Assembly (NCBI RefSeq): GCF_006345805.1
Contig: NC_042999.1
Coordinates: forward strand, 132,866,001-132,930,000
DNA from: Octopus sinensis
Lineage: Eukaryota
Direction of reading: 5' to 3'
Length of the DNA stretch: 64,000 nucleotides
Every line of letters begins with the position of its first letter. The first letter of the stretch is position 1. The notes under the pieces are model-generated. The model was not told where the DNA came from. It worked only from the letters and a program-made list of their open reading frames with translations, and ran no database searches. Positions 62,472 to 64,000 of the stretch are shown piece after piece. Both the position numbers and the translations under genes were made by a program.

Positions 62472-62551
62472 TTCTACACGTGTTTCGAAAGCCACAATTT
62501 ACCAAATTCCGATTGAATAAGGAGACCATATTGTGTCTTTCTCTTCAGGAA
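62472..62551 (-). ncRNA. Type I hammerhead ribozyme, intact core
   Basis: Exact reverse complement of 62769-62848. Confidence 0.85.
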
Positions 62552-62768
62552 GAAATAGGAAATCCGTTGGAAAAACAGAACAGAGGCGGAGCAAAACAAA
62601 TCGCAAAGAATGACCGCTGCCTGACCTGTTAAAATCTTCAACGCACCCACCACCCGTTTTCAACATACATTGATAAACAGTTTGGCCATGGGCTCTTAGG
62701 AGCCTCGTTCGATTTGTTTTGCTCCGCCTCTGTTCTGTTTTTGTTTTTTCCAACGGATTTCCTATTTC

Positions 62769-62848
62769 TTCCTGAAGAGAAAGACACAATATGGTCTCCT
62801 TATTCAATCGGAATTTGGTAAATTGTGGCTTTCGAAACACGTGTAGAA
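62769..62848 (+). ncRNA. Type I hammerhead ribozyme, intact core
   Basis: UUC-CUGAAGA-GAAAGACACAAU(31 nt)AUUGUGGCUUUC-GAAAC-ACGU-GUA-GAA; G10.1-C11.1 pair; palindromic helix III ACACGUGU. Confidence 0.85.
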
Positions 62849-63089
62849 TACAATAAAACGATTTCTGTTCAATCTTCGTTCAACTCCATTTCTTCAATTC
62901 GCTAATAATATTAAAATTCAATTATCCGCACCAACGCATGGTTGCAACACCATATGGTTGTACCTCCAACCGTGCTGTCTTCTGCTGTGATTTTTGCTAC
63001 CAAGGTATCGGTTAAACTTTTGATTAATCTGCAACAAGATTATTCATCTTTCTATTTCACAATAATATATATATATATATAATATATAT

Positions 63090-63131
<42 letters not shown>

Positions 63132-63299
63132 ATATATATATGTATATGTATACATGTAGACATATTATATGCATGTGTGCGTATGTGTGTACGTGCGTGC
63201 GTGCATGCAATTTTGTATGTACATATGCATACAATTTTTAGTAAAAGTTTTAGTTATGCCATTTCCAGAAAATGCTTCAGAACAAACCACTAAGTATAT

Positions 63300-63720
63300 T
63301 CTTTTCTACTCTAGGCACAAGCCCCGAATTTTTGGGAAGGAGTCAGTCAATTAGATCAACCCCAGTACACAACTGGTACTTAATTTATCGACCTCGAAAG
63401 CTTAAAAGGCAAAGTCGACCACGGCGAAATTTGAACTCAGAACGTAACGGCAGACGAAATACCTATTTCCTTATTGCCCACAAGGGGCTAAACATTGAGT
63501 GGACAAACAAGTAAACACAAACGGATTAAGTCGATTATATCGACCCCAGTGCGTCACTGGTACTTAATTTATCGACACCGAAAGGATGAAAGGCAAAGTC
63601 GACCTCGGCGAAATTTGAACTCAAAACGTAACGGCAGACGAAATACGGCTACGCATTTCGCCCGGCGTGCTAACGTTTCTGCCAGCTCACCGCCTTCGTT
63701 TCTACCAGCTCGCCGTCTTA
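63300..63720 (-). mobile_element. Dimeric SINE family B
   Basis: Same dimer as 21939-22318 but with no 5S attached. Confidence 0.9.
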
Positions 63721-64000
63721 ACCACGAATTATATTGCAGTCAGTAAGTTAAAACTAGATTCCAAACTGTCGATTTAGAGTTATTTTAATAACAATATGTG
63801 GTTGCGAGTTAGGAAAGTTTGAATTTGTTATAATATTTTGTCTCCTATCTCCATTCATATCTAGTTTCACACAGATTTTTGAATGCTTTACGGGTGAAAT
63901 CTTTGGGGAAATTCCAATTCTAATCATCTTCGTTGATTCAACGAAGATCTTGGTTTCTTATGAATATCTAAAAGATCGGTTTAACATGTTGTCTAAAAAG

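Larger units (their letters stand above)
62408..63063. mobile_element. Non-autonomous PLE-type fold-back element with two divergent intact HHRs and a 150-bp tail, in (TA)n
   Basis: Arms 62408-62603 / 62710-62912. Confidence 0.9.

Overview
Eukaryotic, AT-rich, microsatellite-saturated non-coding DNA. I recognise no host protein-coding exon, tRNA gene or CRISPR array. The SINE families and repeat landscape look like an octopus (coleoid cephalopod) genome; this is inferred from memory of the families, not from a search. The window is almost entirely transposon debris: four Pol III SINE families (here called A-D), Penelope-like retroelement (PLE) fragments with GIY-YIG endonuclease and RT motifs, RTE and L2/CR1 LINE fragments, mariner/Tc1, hATm-like and Helitron-like remnants, a MITE with internal TTAGGG repeats, and one 100-N gap. 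Most listed ORFs are microsatellite artefacts. Three things stand out. (1) About ten hammerhead-ribozyme (HHR) motifs from several unrelated PLE terminal-repeat families, including intact canonical ones (62472-62551, 62769-62848, 37637-37717), a family with a compensatory U3-A8 core (12034-12071 and relatives) and a family with a recurrent CCGAUGA core. Many sit in small fold-back-plus-tail insertions inside (TA)n runs. (2) A full-length 5S rRNA fused to a dimeric SINE, retroposed as one unit between 17-bp target-site duplications (21939-22453). (3) Several short insertions that appear copied from DNA 0.9-2.8 kb away. All folds and alignments were done by eye.
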